A stretch of DNA of 64,000 nucleotides from Octopus vulgaris (GCA_951406725.2 OX597834.1:10292001-10356000); one strand, 5' to 3'. Positions 40,701 to 54,915 are shown, counted from the stretch's first letter. The notes: generated by a model from the letters alone, not told the origin. Made by a program: numbers and translations.

Positions 40701-40909
40701 TACTCTTTTACTTGTTTCAGTCATTTGACTGCGGCCATGCTGGAGCACCGCCTTTAGTCGAGCAACTCGACCCCGGGACTTTTTTTTGTTTTTGTAAGCC
40801 CAGTACTTATTCTATCGGTCTCTTTTTGCCGAACCGCTAAGTGACGTGGACGTAAACACACCAGCATCGGTTGTCAAGCAATGCTAGGGGAACAAACACA
40901 GACACACAA

Positions 40910-40970
<61 letters not shown>

Positions 40971-41127
40971 TACGACAGGCTTCTTTCAGTTTCCGTCTAC
41001 CAAATCCACTCACAAGGCTTTGGTCGGCCCGAGGCTATAGTAGAAGACACTTGCCCAAGATGCCACGCAGTGGGACTGAACCCGGAACCATGTGGTTGGT
41101 AAGCAAGCTACTTACCACACAGCCACT
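40701..41127 (-). mobile_element. SINE family A, near full length
   Basis: tactcttttacttgtttcagtcatttgactgcgg...cttaccacacagccact. Confidence 0.88.
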
Positions 41128-41477
41128 ATATATATGGTGGTTGTCTACTCCTTATACAGAGTTTGACCACCGCTTGTACTTACACTTTAGATCTATCATG
41201 GCGTCTGATGTGATTTTTAAAGCACTCATTGTTTTGAAAAGATACCCACATAAAATGCATATCTGCTTTAGACCACCAAGAACTGTAGTTAAGACTTGAT
41301 ATTTGTGGATCTTAAAATGTCTTTCGAGGCCTCCGTTAAATATATATATTTAACGGATAGGAAGCCCTTTCCTTTTTTATCTGTCGGGGACTTATATTCC
41401 CCTTTATTAGACTATTTTCATAAGTCATTGCACGGTGATCGTCATAAGCTTTTGTGATCCTTCTGTCTGGCAGTCGT

Positions 41478-41655
41478 CATGATAGATCGTTAGCCACTAC
41501 ATGCATTTTTTTCTCTCCTTGTTTTTTCTGTGTCTCTTTCTGTAGAAGAGCGTAGGCTCGAAACGTAAAAGACTTTTTCTATTCCTGAGCGCTATACTAA
41601 TACATCTGTTTGTTTTGTACACCACATGTCTTCTTTTGTTTTTTTCGTAAACTCT

Positions 41656-41659
<4 letters not shown>
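41478..41659 (+). mobile_element. Family H1 element with hammerhead-like motif (41535-41572), ending at (TA)n
   Basis: TCTTT CTGTAGA A GAGC-GTAG-GCTC GAA ACGT A AAAGA. Confidence 0.75.
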
Positions 41660-41686
<27 letters not shown>

Positions 41687-41718
41687 GATAGATAGATAGA
41701 TAGATAGATAAATAGATA

Positions 41719-41948
41719 AGTTTCTTTATTGGCCACACAGGGCTGCACACAGATGGGACAAGTTACAAGGTAGAGCTTTTCTTTTGGGGGATGAAAAAAA
41801 AGGGGGTGGCGTAAAAAAAATAGAATAAAAAATAAAAAGAATAAAAGAAAAGAAAAAAAAGAAAGGGAAAGGAACAAAAGAAAAGAGAAATGAAAAAAGA
41901 AGAAAAAGGGGAAGAGGAGAAAAAAAAAGGAACGATCAATAGGGATCG
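41719..41948 (-). mobile_element. Tx1-like LINE 3' UTR fragment inside (GATA)n
   Basis: agtttctttattggccacacagggctgcacacagatgggaca...aacgatcaatagggatcg, with GATA repeats on both sides. Confidence 0.7.
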
Positions 41949-42901
41949 ATAGATAGATAGATAGATATAAACAAACTTCTTTCAGTTTACGTCTTATAAA
42001 TTCACTCACAATACTTGGACGGTGTTACTGGGTTATAGCAGAGTCCAGTCGCCTATGGTTGTACGCAGTTGGACTGATTCAGGAGGTGTGTGGTTAGGAA
42101 GCAAATTCCTTACCACACCACCTCACGTTATATACACCTCATATATTTTCAGTCCGAATTTCGTAGGGAATTTTTTTACTGCCTACTTTGCTATAAATGC
42201 CATATCGAAATTATGATAAAAGAACAGGCAGAAAAATATTTGGAGAACATAAACCGAGCGAGGCAACCAAGAAATCTGTGGTTGGCTTTCATGGGGTGAA
42301 AATACTAAATAAATCTTGCTTTTTATACGTTTATTCTTACGAAAGAAAAAAATTACAACAGATTCTTATGGTTCGTAAGAGGTTAGATAGAGGTTTTCGA
42401 TTGAAAAATATGTAGGCTGAATTTTTTCTCTATTATTTCTTTTTTTCTTTTTCTCAGTTATACAACGTAAGATCCACCATCGATTCGCGATTTAATGTAC
42501 ACATAATCGATTTTCGTAATTGTTGTTTAAATCTCGAATAAATTTCGCCTTCGAAAGAATATGAAGTTGTATGTTCAGAAATCTATTTACATTTGGAACG
42601 AAACCTGAACACAGTAAATCGATTGAGTATATACTTACGCACACACATACAAGCATACACACATATATAAGTTTGTATTATATCATATTTTATAAATGCG
42701 TTTTATAAAGCCGGAGTCACCCAGTTACGTCTGCAGATTACTAAGAGGACATATTTATTCTCATATTTTTAGTTCTATTTTCCTATTGGCATCACCAAAC
42801 CTTTGTGAAAGTCTTTCACACCTTCCCCAACGTTAAATTAATACACCTGTTTCTTATTTACACACCTGTCTTCGTCATTTGCTTTTTGATTTGTAAATTC
42901 C

Positions 42902-43357
<456 letters not shown>

Positions 43358-44069
43358 TTATGAAGGGATTAGTTTACTGATTACCAAAACAAATCGGTAC
43401 GCAAAGTTCTATAACTGGTCATCCGTTAGGTTCCAATTTCAGAGCTGAATATTGGGATCCGTATTAGGCGTCCCTGTGTGTGCGTGTGTGTGTACACTCA
43501 TATGACGTTAATCTATCATGAGTCAGGCTTCGCCGCATAAATTCAGAGACGTTAAGACACACTTTGACAATTCGCTTTCAAATTCAATTTTCAGCACACT
43601 TCACAGGTTACAAACAAACATATCTTCCATAATTTCCCACACAAAACCTCTTCTAATGCTAACGAAAGGTTTTAAGGCAAAGCATAAGATAATATCCATC
43701 ACAGAAAAATAAGGCAACAATATGTCATGCATGACAAAGATATCCATCAATAAAGAAGATTAATGAACAGAATTGATGCATGGGAACTACGAAGTATAAC
43801 AGAGAAGTCTGAATTACAACGGATAATATAATCACGCTTATAAACCATTTCGTCATTTAAAATCTCAAACGAAAATTATTAGTTATTTTAACAATTGGAA
43901 ACAAAGGGAAAATATTCTTCATGTATAGCTATTAGCAAAAGTTGGATTGTTAAGGAGATATTCAACATCTGATCAGAAATTCAACTTTTAGAATAATTTT
44001 AATAATCACCTGTCGAAATGTGAACGTGTGGAAATGATTATTTAAGAACATATCTCTACATATACATAC

Positions 44070-44120
<51 letters not shown>

Positions 44121-44239
44121 TATACATACAAACACACACATATATATATATACATATATATATATATACATACAAACAAATATATATACATACAAGCATA
44201 TATATATATATATATATACATATATATACATACATACAA

Positions 44240-44280
<41 letters not shown>

Positions 44281-44938
44281 CATACATATATATATATACA
44301 TACAATCATATATATACACATACGTATATATATACATACAAACATATATACATACAAACATATATACATATATACATACAAACATATATGTACATATATA
44401 TATAAATATATATACACCCATATATATATTTATATGCATATCAACATGTCAAGTGTTCCCTCTCCTTTGTATTTTCCCATTTATACGTGCATGTGCACCC
44501 AGTAATATCTATGTACGTATGTAAGTATACATACATACATACATATTTATACGCCCGTGTGTATGTATAAATATAAATATATTTAAAAATAGAAAGTAAG
44601 TATATAGATACAGAGGCAAATACATAATTATACACAAACATACACACTCACACAAACACTTTATATTCTTCGTACATACATGCAGCCACACATGCGTACG
44701 GACATACATTCAGACATACATTTATCTGCAAAAAGTACGCATGCGCTTGGATGTATCAATGCGTTAATATAGTGTAAGAAATTTATGATTACACTAATAA
44801 ACATTTTCGTCTTTTATATCTCAAACAAGAATGATTATTTAGAATCCAATCTTGGAACGGGGCGGAGGGGATAACACTTAAAGTATTGCCATTAGCTAGG
44901 ATTGGATGGGAAATAAGATTTCTAAAATCTCACCTGCA

Positions 44939-45017
<79 letters not shown>

Positions 45018-45229
45018 TATAGATATATATATATAAGTATATATAAATATATATATGTATATATATATATATAGATAGATGTATTTATGTATATATATAT
45101 ATATATATATAGTTCTGAGTGTGTGTGTATATATATATATATACATACAAACACACACACAAATATATATATTTAAGTATATATAAATATATATGTATAT
45201 ATATATATAGATGTATGTATGTGAATATA

Positions 45230-45265
<36 letters not shown>

Positions 45266-45970
45266 TGTATGTATGTATGTATGTATGCATGCATGTGTGT
45301 GTATATATATATATATATTGCTGAGTGTGTGTTTATATGTATGTATATATATATATATATATATATACATACATATACGCACACATATATATATATATAT
45401 ACATATTTGTATATGTGTGTTTGTGCCTTTGTGTGTGTACGTATATAACGTATCTGCACTTCGTCGTACCCATCCATACACACGAGCAACGAAACACACA
45501 CGCACACACACAGACAGACACACACACTCACACACAACTCATCGGGAGATATGTATATATGCATACACACAAACACAGGGAGAGGGGAAGATACGAAGAG
45601 AGAGGAAGGAGAAAAAAGAAATAGACGGAAAGCGAGCATTCTTTTGTTTTTGTCAGATGGAGAACGTTTTGCTGTTGGGTTTTGAAACATTTATTGACGA
45701 CAGAAATTACAAAATACATTCTCGCACCAAAAAGAGTCCATTCTCTCCGTGTAAGCGTGATACGAAGGTCACGATGTTGTTTTCGAATTGATTTTTTCCA
45801 ATCAAAATGATGAATTTTTCACTTGACAATTGGCATTAAATAACGTATCTTTTCTTTCTTTTTTTTTTGGTTTTTTTTTTAGTTTTAATTTCTTAAATAT
45901 AGCTTTCTACATTTTAATTTCGAGATAAAGAATGTGTATAGAAATTTTCTCTCTTTCACCATGTATGTAA

Positions 45971-46013
<43 letters not shown>

Positions 46014-46101
46014 TCTATTTTTCTGTATGTCTGTTCCCTCTGCTTATCTGTCTCTCTCCCTCTTTTTCTCTTTCATATACATATATGTATACGCGCGTCT
46101 T

Positions 46102-46135
<34 letters not shown>

Positions 46136-46170
46136 TACATACATATATGTATGTATATGCATGTATGTGC

Positions 46171-46214
<44 letters not shown>

Positions 46215-46516
46215 ACAAACATATATATATGTTTGTATATATCTATGTCTAAATATATTTATATATATATATATATATATATACATACATATATATATAT
46301 ACATATACATACATATATATATATACATATACATACATATATATATATACATATACATACATATATATATATACATATATACATACATATATATATATAC
46401 ATATATACATACATATATATATATACATATATACATACATATATATATACATATATACATACATATATATATACATACATATATGTATATATATAATATA
46501 TATACATACATATATG

Positions 46517-46556
<40 letters not shown>

Positions 46557-47785
46557 ATATATATACATATATAATATAATACATATATAATATATACATA
46601 TATATATATATATACATATATATAATATTATATAATATAATATATATACATATATATAATATATATAAATACATATATATATAATATATATACATATATG
46701 TGTGTGTGTGTGTGTGTGTGTATGTATATATATGTATGTAGGATTTGCATATGTGTCATTATTTATATATGCATGCATGCATGTAGAAGTATGTGCGTGT
46801 GCATTAATGCGCCTACAGCGCACGCGAGAGATACTTTTGATTAACAAACTTTCTCTCTCGTGCACACACACGAGAACATGGAAATACATACATATCCACA
46901 TACATATAGTCATTCATTTGCATTTTCTTAACTACCGAATCGTGATGAATATAATTATTTTCCTCTTATAACGCCCCAAACAATTCAAATTGCTTTTAAA
47001 AAATGAAATTTTCATCTGTATTTTTCATTTGCTTTATATTTCCTTGTGTTTTTCGGCAGTGTGGAAAGGTGGAGGTTATATTTCAATTAAAAGGGACTTG
47101 AGTTCTTGATGCGTTTGAAGCAGCAAAAGATTAGATGATGTCGCTTTTCGTGGACAACTAAATCTTTTCATTGAAAGATTATGCATCTGGGGATATTCAA
47201 ACCATTGAATTCAAAGTAAATTACGATAAATTGAAAGACCCAATTTCAAAAAGGATATTCATCGAAGATTAATGTAGGGAATTCACACAGTATTTTTAAT
47301 GAATTTGATAAACGCACAACTCTGTCTCTATCTAACTTATTTAATTCTGTCTGTTTCTCTGTATGTATATATCCACGTTGTAGGATATCTCTTCCTCCAT
47401 GCTGGAATATGGGAGACAACGTAATCTTCGACATATCCATCTACTCATACATCATAGATAGCTCAGTTGTCAATTTATTTATTTATCTATCTATTTATTT
47501 ATCTCTCTATTTATTTATCTATCTATTTTGAGATATATACTTATCGGAAACAGTTCATGTAAATTTCATGTACGATGATATTTTATCAAGTTGCTTATCT
47601 TGTTCTCTCTCTCTTTCCATACACATGTAAGTACGTCTGTGTATATAAACCCAGCCCTACATATTCTATACATACATACATACATACTTATCTACTTGCA
47701 TATATACATATACCTGAATGTATGAATGAATTTATTCACACACACGTATACAAAGGGAGAGAGAGAAATAGAGAGAGAGAGAAAT

Positions 47786-47885
<100 letters not shown>

Positions 47886-48382
47886 GTAAATATTGGAAGG
47901 TAAATAGCTGAACTGATAGACAAATGCTTATTTTCTGTTATGACATAATGTCCCGTAACACTCACTGCATCAATCTTCAACACATATTTGAAATTTCCTC
48001 ATAAAATTATGCATAATATTTGTTTAGAAAGCAAAATATCATGGGTAGATGTTTTTTTTTTATCTAACCTAGGATCGGCTTAGAATCAAGATGATGAGGA
48101 TAGAAATGATAAGTCCTACTTCTTTAAGACCATTTCTTTTCCGCAGAATATAGCACAATTTCACCCCCACCACTCTTCCGAATGCTTCCCTTTTCTTTTA
48201 TTTAAATTAAAATTGAAACATCGCAGACCACTATCGATGTACTAATTATGCCTTAGGTATAAAGAGCTACATAAAAATATAGGGACATATATACAAAAAA
48301 AAAATGCGCTAGGGACTTGTTCTTTGTCACGAAAGAAACGGATCCAACATAACACTACCACTGTAAAAACAAACCACTATAA

Positions 48383-48750
48383 TCTCTCTATATATAAACG
48401 GCAGTTTGTCTGTGCGTGTTTCTGTGTGTCTGTTTGCTTGTACCCTCACCCTGACCACGGCTTTCAACCGATTCTGATGAAACTTGACACACACAGCCCA
48501 ATGTCATAATTCAAAACTAACGCAGCGAAAATTTTGAATAGTTCCCCCAGTTCTGAAAAAAATCGATAAATTCGACATGGGGTCGAGAATCAGAAACAAA
48601 CCACAGACTGTCTAGGGGACGCAACTCAACCTTTTTTAACTCAAAAAAAATTTACCATCATTTTTTGGCTATTTTTTGGCTATAACTCTCTAAAAATGCT
48701 TTATAGTTATTTCCCTTACAAACCTGAGCAACGCCGGGCGATACTGCTAG
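48383..48750 (+). mobile_element. Non-autonomous Helitron
   Basis: a|TCTCTCTATATATAAA 5' end, subterminal hairpin cctgagcaacgccggg, 3' end CTAG|t, no TSD. Confidence 0.8.
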
Positions 48751-48807
48751 TCCAGAATAAGAGACCAGAACAAGACATGCATGCATACACACATAGATAC
48801 ACACATA

Positions 48808-49150
48808 TCTTTTATTTGTTTCAGTCAATATACTGCGGCCATGCTAAGGCATTGCCCTGAATTTTTTAAGCCCGGTTCTTATTCTATCGACTTATTTTAG
48901 CCGAACTGCTATGTTGCGGGGACGTAAACACCCCATCATCGGTTTCAAACACACACACACACACCCACACCCACATACAAACACACACACACGACGGGCT
49001 TCTTCCAGCTTCCATGAAACAAATCCACTTAGCAGGCTTTCGTCGGCCCAAGGTTATAGCAGAAAATACTTGCATAAAGTACCACGCAGTGGGACTGAAC
49101 ACTGATGCATGTCTTTTGGAAGAAGGAAGCTTCTTACCACACAGCCACAC
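48808..49150 (-). mobile_element. Diverged SINE family A
   Basis: ttgtttcagtca...gcggccatgct...gcagtgggactgaac...cttaccacacagccac. Confidence 0.7.
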
Positions 49151-49156
49151 TTGGGC

Positions 49157-49191
<35 letters not shown>

Positions 49192-49832
49192 CACACACAC
49201 ATACACATATTTCCGTGTATGTATTATGTATGTATATTTGTATGTATAAGTTGCAAGACAAATTCTCAGATTCAGCTACATACATGCATCCACACATACA
49301 TATACATACTTTTATATATACATAAAAGTATATATATATTTATATCTATATAATACTCTTACTTATGTTTATATATGTAGATATGCCTTCACGTTTGTAT
49401 ACAAATGGTTGTGAACTATTTTCTCAATATGTCATATTTATGAATTTGTATACTCGAAAAGTATATTCCTGTTTAACCTGTGGTTTCTCTGCAGAAAAAT
49501 AGCGAAACACGCGTAACATCTCTGTTGTATAACGAGTACTTATAATCAATTATTTCCCTGAAATATTCACTTTTATTAACAATTGCTTGTTAGACACTTC
49601 AAATACAGAGAAAATATCTAGTTGCGATTAAAGGTCTGATTCACATCAATACCTTTCTGCATATATATCAGCAGCAAAACACTTCTTTGCAACATACGAT
49701 ATATTCCAAGTTTCGCTTTGGAATCGAATGAAGAGAATCAAGTTTGAATAGCCATTATTTCTTCAGTTCTATTAACTACATTTTTCAAAAAGCAATACGT
49801 AGACGACACAATAACTATATATATATATATAT

Positions 49833-50064
49833 ATACCGGAGTAAACACATAAATGTGAAACAAGGTGGAAAAGAAGAGTACTCAAATACCATTGGTAGAG
49901 TAATATGCTTTATTTAAAGCAGCAGAAAATTCAACAAAATCTGTTACTCTGAGTTTCTCGTTGCCGTTCATCAGACAGTTTTTGTTAGAAAAAAATGTCT
50001 AATGAACGGCAACGAGAAACTCAGAGTAACAGATTTTGCTGAATTTTCTGCTGCTTTAAATAAA

Positions 50065-50066
<2 letters not shown>
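49833..50066. mobile_element. Fold-back element between (TA)n tracts with a hammerhead in each arm
   Basis: Arms ~49902-49978 / 49996-50068. The - arm hammerhead has the canonical core; the + arm has CTAATGA. Confidence 0.82.
49941..49978 (-). ncRNA. Minimal type-I hammerhead ribozyme
   Basis: CTGT CTGATGA A CG-GCAA-CG A GAA ACTC-A-GAGT A ACAG. Helix I is CTGT/ACAG, a GNRA loop caps helix II, and the cleavage triplet is GUA. Confidence 0.75.
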
Positions 50067-50128
<62 letters not shown>

Positions 50129-50996
50129 GGTTTATTATTCTGTGTTCTTATATTAGTCTGCCGTATGTTGACACTTGTTAACATTCTTGGTTACTTTAAA
50201 CCGGACGCTATTTCTCTCACTTATTTAGTTAGAACACACACGTACACACATTTAGATACGTATACACACACAAACACACACACACATACACACACATATA
50301 TATATATATATATATACATGTATATAAAAGTATGAGTATATGTAGGTGTTCATGTATGTATATGTATATATATAAATAAATACATATATATATAATTAAA
50401 TAATAAGGGTAGAAATTGATGTTAATCAATTTCAATTAGTGGCTTAGCATATTTAAAAATCCGAAGATTAGAATTTGTGTTACAAAATTAAGAGGAGAGA
50501 AATTTTTACATTTTTTACATTTTGCTGAGATATTTTTTTTCTTGAGAGCACATTCTATATACATACGTTTGTATGTACCTCTCTGTATCTTCGGGCTCTC
50601 TGTCTGTCTTTCTGTCTCTCTCTCTCTTTCTTTCTCTCTATGTTTCTCTCTATATTTCTCTCCCATTATAAACAAACCTGTAAAACCACCATATTGCGTC
50701 GTATGTTATCAAATTGGTCACTGATGCCGAACTTTTTGTAGTACTTGATATTTTATTGTGAAATCTAGTAACCCTGTCCAGGTCATAAACGTACGTCGAA
50801 GTACTTTTATGCATATAAATTACAATACTAAAGGACAATGCAGGGACAGCAATCATAAGATCATATTGTTTACGAAACAGACACTTCATTTTTACGTATG
50901 TTTCTCCTACTCATATTCTCACACTTTCTTTCCCTCCTCTCTCATACATCTCCGTCTACGCAAAAACATACCTACCTACCTACCTACATACATACA

Positions 50997-51032
<36 letters not shown>

Positions 51033-51043
51033 TATATACATGC

Positions 51044-51074
<31 letters not shown>

Positions 51075-51289
51075 TATATATATATATGTATATACATACG
51101 CACACATATACATACATATATATATGTATATACATACACACACATATATATATACATATATATACACACACACACACATATATATATATACACACATATA
51201 TATATATACACACATATATATATATACACACACATATATATATACACATATATATATATACACACACATATATATACACATATTTATAT

Positions 51290-51338
<49 letters not shown>

Positions 51339-52570
51339 TACATATATATATACGCACACACACACACATATATATATACATATACACGTATATATCCATG
51401 TATGTACACAGATATTTATCTACCTGTATACACACACAAAGATTGACAGCGTTTTTGACACGACTCTCGTATATGATTTTATTACAATTCTTGGTATTGC
51501 TCTGACTGGCCGAACATAGCCCCTCCACCCGGCTAACATTTAACTGTCCGCGAACTTTTAGCTACTTTTTTATAATATTACATGTCCTCTTACTTATCTG
51601 CCAACATAACTACCCAACTACCACCTTTTAACATTCTATTGTTTTCCTGCTGACTCGTTACTAAATACCTACCATTATGGATTTGTATACATAATGTGAT
51701 CACAGTGTAATCGTCAATCGAAATATAATTTGCAGAATTATACGCGAGACGTCTGCACTAGGTCGGATATGTATATAGTTCTACCATTTACATTTGTGGT
51801 TATTTTTCAGAAGTCTTCGTTTTGGCGCGCTAAATTACCGGAAAATAATACTGCAGATAATAATTTACTGCAGTGGCTTTTGCCGGTTAGAGAAGGAATT
51901 CATTTAAATTTAAATTCAAAATGAGGGTGAAAAATTGGATATTAATTTAATTAACATCAATTTAACACCTGTGGTCTAGCATATTAAAATCTGAATGTTC
52001 AGTAAATTGTATTACATACATATGAGATGGATGACCACTCTGTGGGCAACCCTTATGCTAGGAGTAGATCCGCTATGGTCTTACCACTAAGAAATATTCT
52101 CCAGAAAATTTAGCAAACACTAGAATAAGAAAGAAAAATTAAAGTATGAATTAATTTTAAATTGTAAATTAGTTTCTCTATATAAGATTTTTCTAACATC
52201 ATAAACTGTTTCATTTTGTGTAATATATTTGCCTCGGGTCATACCATGCTGATGATTTCAAATAAAGATGAAGTGACGCCATACGTGGCTGCCAATGAAC
52301 GGAAATTTTAAGATATTTATAATGCAAGGTAAAAAAAAAAAAATGAAATATGAACAGGATATACTTTGTACATCCTTATATTTTGATTTAAAGTTTAAAA
52401 AATCCTCTATTGTCTTGACTTAATCTTAATAGATTACTTGTTTGAGTGTATTCGGTACGTGTATATGCTATGCAAAGTACATGGTAAAATAAAAATAACA
52501 GTTATAAATCATTTATCGCTATGACTCACTGTGACGTATAATTATTTCTAATTTTTAATTTTATTTGCAG

Positions 52571-52684
52571 ATCGGAACCTGGGATAGTACGAATGGTGTG
52601 AATCTGACAGAGAGTAAAACAGAAACTAAACACGAGTTACAAAAAAAGCTAGCAAATTCAACTTTGAGAGTTGTCACAAAATTG
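52571..52684 (+). CDS. GRIK2-like: Kainate-type iGluR internal exon (ATD-S1 linker), 114 nt, phase 0-0
   Basis: ttatttgcag|ATC...TTG|gtgagt. Translates IGTWDSTNGVNLTESKTETKHELQKKLANSTLRVVTKL (cf. GluK2 IGTWDPASGLNMTES...LSNRSLIVTTIL). Continues in frame from the exon ending at 16089. Confidence 0.93.
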
Positions 52685-52764
52685 GTGAGTTACGATTGAA
52701 TATTTAGAGTATAACCCTGGGATTGAGCATATCTTTTCTCATTTTCTTATTTATTTTCTTTTAC

Positions 52765-52985
52765 TTGCAGCGTGGGAGGTGTTTGTAAGCCATTTAAGAA
52801 ACACACAAAAGCCGTTCGATTCACTTCAACATTTAAGTTTAATTTGTCAAAATATTTTTGTCAGTGAACAGGTCGCGGTCTTAAAGCGACGAAAATATTT
52901 TGACAAATTAAACTTAAATTTTGAAGTGAATCGAACGGCTTTTGTGTGTTTCTTAAATGGCTTACAAACACCTTCCACGCTGCAA
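52765..52985. mobile_element. Near-perfect 221-bp palindrome 80 nt downstream of the exon donor at 52685
   Basis: ttgcagcgtgggaggtgtttgtaagccatttaagaaacacacaaaagccgttcgattcacttcaa... is inverted as ...ttgaagtgaatcgaacggcttttgtgtgtttcttaaatggcttacaaacaccttccacgctgcaa. Confidence 0.88.
52857..52907 (+). ncRNA. Minimal type-I hammerhead ribozyme, G3:C8 variant
   Basis: TTTGTCA GTGAACA G GTCGC-GGTCTTAAA-GCGAC GAA AATATT T TGACAAA. Helix I is 7 bp, helix II is 5 bp, and helix III is the palindrome AATATT. Confidence 0.7.
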
Positions 52986-53051
52986 TTGTTTTCGTTTCAG
53001 CACACGATCTCAGATCAATTCACTTGCTATGCAAGTACATCTCCGTAATTT

Positions 53052-53479
53052 CTTTTACTTATGTAAGACTTTATACTGCGGCTATGCTGGGGCACCACCT
53101 GAAAATTTTTAGTGCCATGACTCAACACCGGTAATCGTTATTCATATATTTTAAAAACCTGGTGCTTATTCTACCGATTTATGATTGCCGAACAGCTAAG
53201 TTGTGGTACTGTGAACAAACCAGCACCGGTTACCAAGCGTTGGAGAAAGGACAAACAGACGCACGTGCGCACACACACACACAAACAAACTCATACACAC
53301 ACACATATATATATATATGACGGGCTTCTTTTAGTTTCCGTCTACAAAATCCACTAACAAGGCATTGATCGGACCAAGTCTATAGTAGAAGACACTTGCC
53401 CAAGTGGCGGGCCATGCAGAGGGATTGAACCCGGAACCATGTGGCTGAGAAGCAAGCTTCTTACCACACAGCCACGCCT
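53052..53479 (-). mobile_element. Diverged SINE family A
   Basis: ctgcggctatgctggggcacc...gacgggcttcttttagtttccgtctac...ttaccacacagccacgcc. Confidence 0.75.
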
Positions 53480-53767
53480 ACAAACTGACATATTGATGCA
53501 ACTCAAAAAACATTAGACGGATTTCACATATTTCATTCCCTCAATTTCTCTGTCTCACACACTCTCCCACTCTGGCTCTTCTTCTCAGTGTCAGTCTCTC
53601 CCTGACTGGTTATCTCTCTTTCTGTCTTCCGAATCTCTATCTCTCTGCCTTCACTCTCATTCCAACACGAAACGCGCGCACGCATTTCCCCATACATTCC
53701 CAGCAAAAACCTGTTTATATTGCCTGATGAAAATCTATCTATCTATCAATGTATCTATCTATCTATC

Positions 53768-54029
53768 TCCTCTTCCCCTTTTTTTCCCCTTTCTTCTTTT
53801 TTTCATTTCTCTTTTCTTTTGTTCCTTTTCCTCTTTTTCTTTTTTTCTTTTCTTTTCTTTTTTATTTTATTTTTTGTTCTTTTTTCCCCTTTTACGATCC
53901 CTTTTGATTGAAAACCTACGCCACCTTTTTTTTTTTGTTTCTTTTGTTTTTTTCATCCCCCAAAAGAAAAGCTCTACCTTGTAAATTGTCCCATCTGTAT
54001 GCAGCCCTGTGTGGCCAATAAAGAAACTT
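53768..54029 (+). mobile_element. Tx1-like LINE 3' UTR fragment inside (TATC)n
   Basis: ...cccccaaaagaaaagctctaccttgtaaattgtcccatctgtatgcagccctgtgtggccaataaagaaactta, flanked by tatc repeats. Confidence 0.7.
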
Positions 54030-54656
54030 ATCTATCTATGTGTCTGTCTGTCTGTCTCTCTACGTGTTTCTATCTATCTATATATCCATCCATCCTCTCT
54101 CTCTCTACCTACCTACCTACCTATCTATCCATCCATCCATCCATCTCTCTCTCTCTACCTATCCATCTATCAATGTATCTATATATCTATTTGTCTGTCT
54201 CTCTACATGTTTCTATCTATCTATATATCCATCCATCCATCTCTCTCTCTCTCTACCTACCTATCTATCTATCCATCCATCTCTCTCTCTACCTACCTAT
54301 CTATCTATCTATCTATCCATCCATCCATCTCTCTCTCTCTCTCTTTCTACCTATCAATGTATGTATCTATTTGTTTATCTGTCTGTCTGTCTCTACCTGT
54401 TTCTATCTATCTATCTATCTATCCATCCATCCATCTCTCTCTGTCTTTCTCTATATATCTATCCATCTATCCATCCATCCATGTCTCTCTCTCTCTGTAT
54501 CTACCTATCTAACTACCTATCTATCTATCACACACGCAGATACGTACACACGCACAAGCACCAACATTCAATACGCGCGCATACACAAAATAGTCCAACT
54601 TTCAAACATGAATAATATAAATATGACTAATAATTACTGTTTTTTTCTTTTTCAAG

Positions 54657-54854
54657 GAACTTCCGTATGTGGGTAACAAAACTGCCCCCGATGGCACTGT
54701 TGAGTATGAAGGTTTTGCCATAGACCTGCTGAATGCTATTGCAGAGGAGCTTCATTTTAATTACACTATTTCCATCGTGAAGGATGGTCAATATGGTGGA
54801 GAGGACCCAGTAACCGGCAAATGGAACGGAATGGTCGGAGAGCTTATCGAGAGA
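54657..54854 (+). CDS. GRIK2-like: Kainate-type iGluR internal exon (S1 ligand-binding lobe), 198 nt, phase 0-0
   Basis: ttttttctttttcaag|GAA...AGA|gtaagt. Translates ELPYVGNKTAPDGTVEYEGFAIDLLNAIAEELHFNYTISIVKDGQYGGEDPVTGKWNGMVGELIER, with hallmark EGF.IDLL, DG.YG and WNGMVGEL motifs. Confidence 0.96.
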
Positions 54855-54874
54855 GTAAGTGACCGATGCAAATA

Positions 54875-54915
<41 letters not shown>

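Noticed and set aside
15570-41299. Recurrent peptides RRASFSFRLPNPLTRLWSARGYSRRHLPK and ERMKGKVDLGGI
   Set aside because: They are conceptual translations of SINE families A and B, not a gene family.
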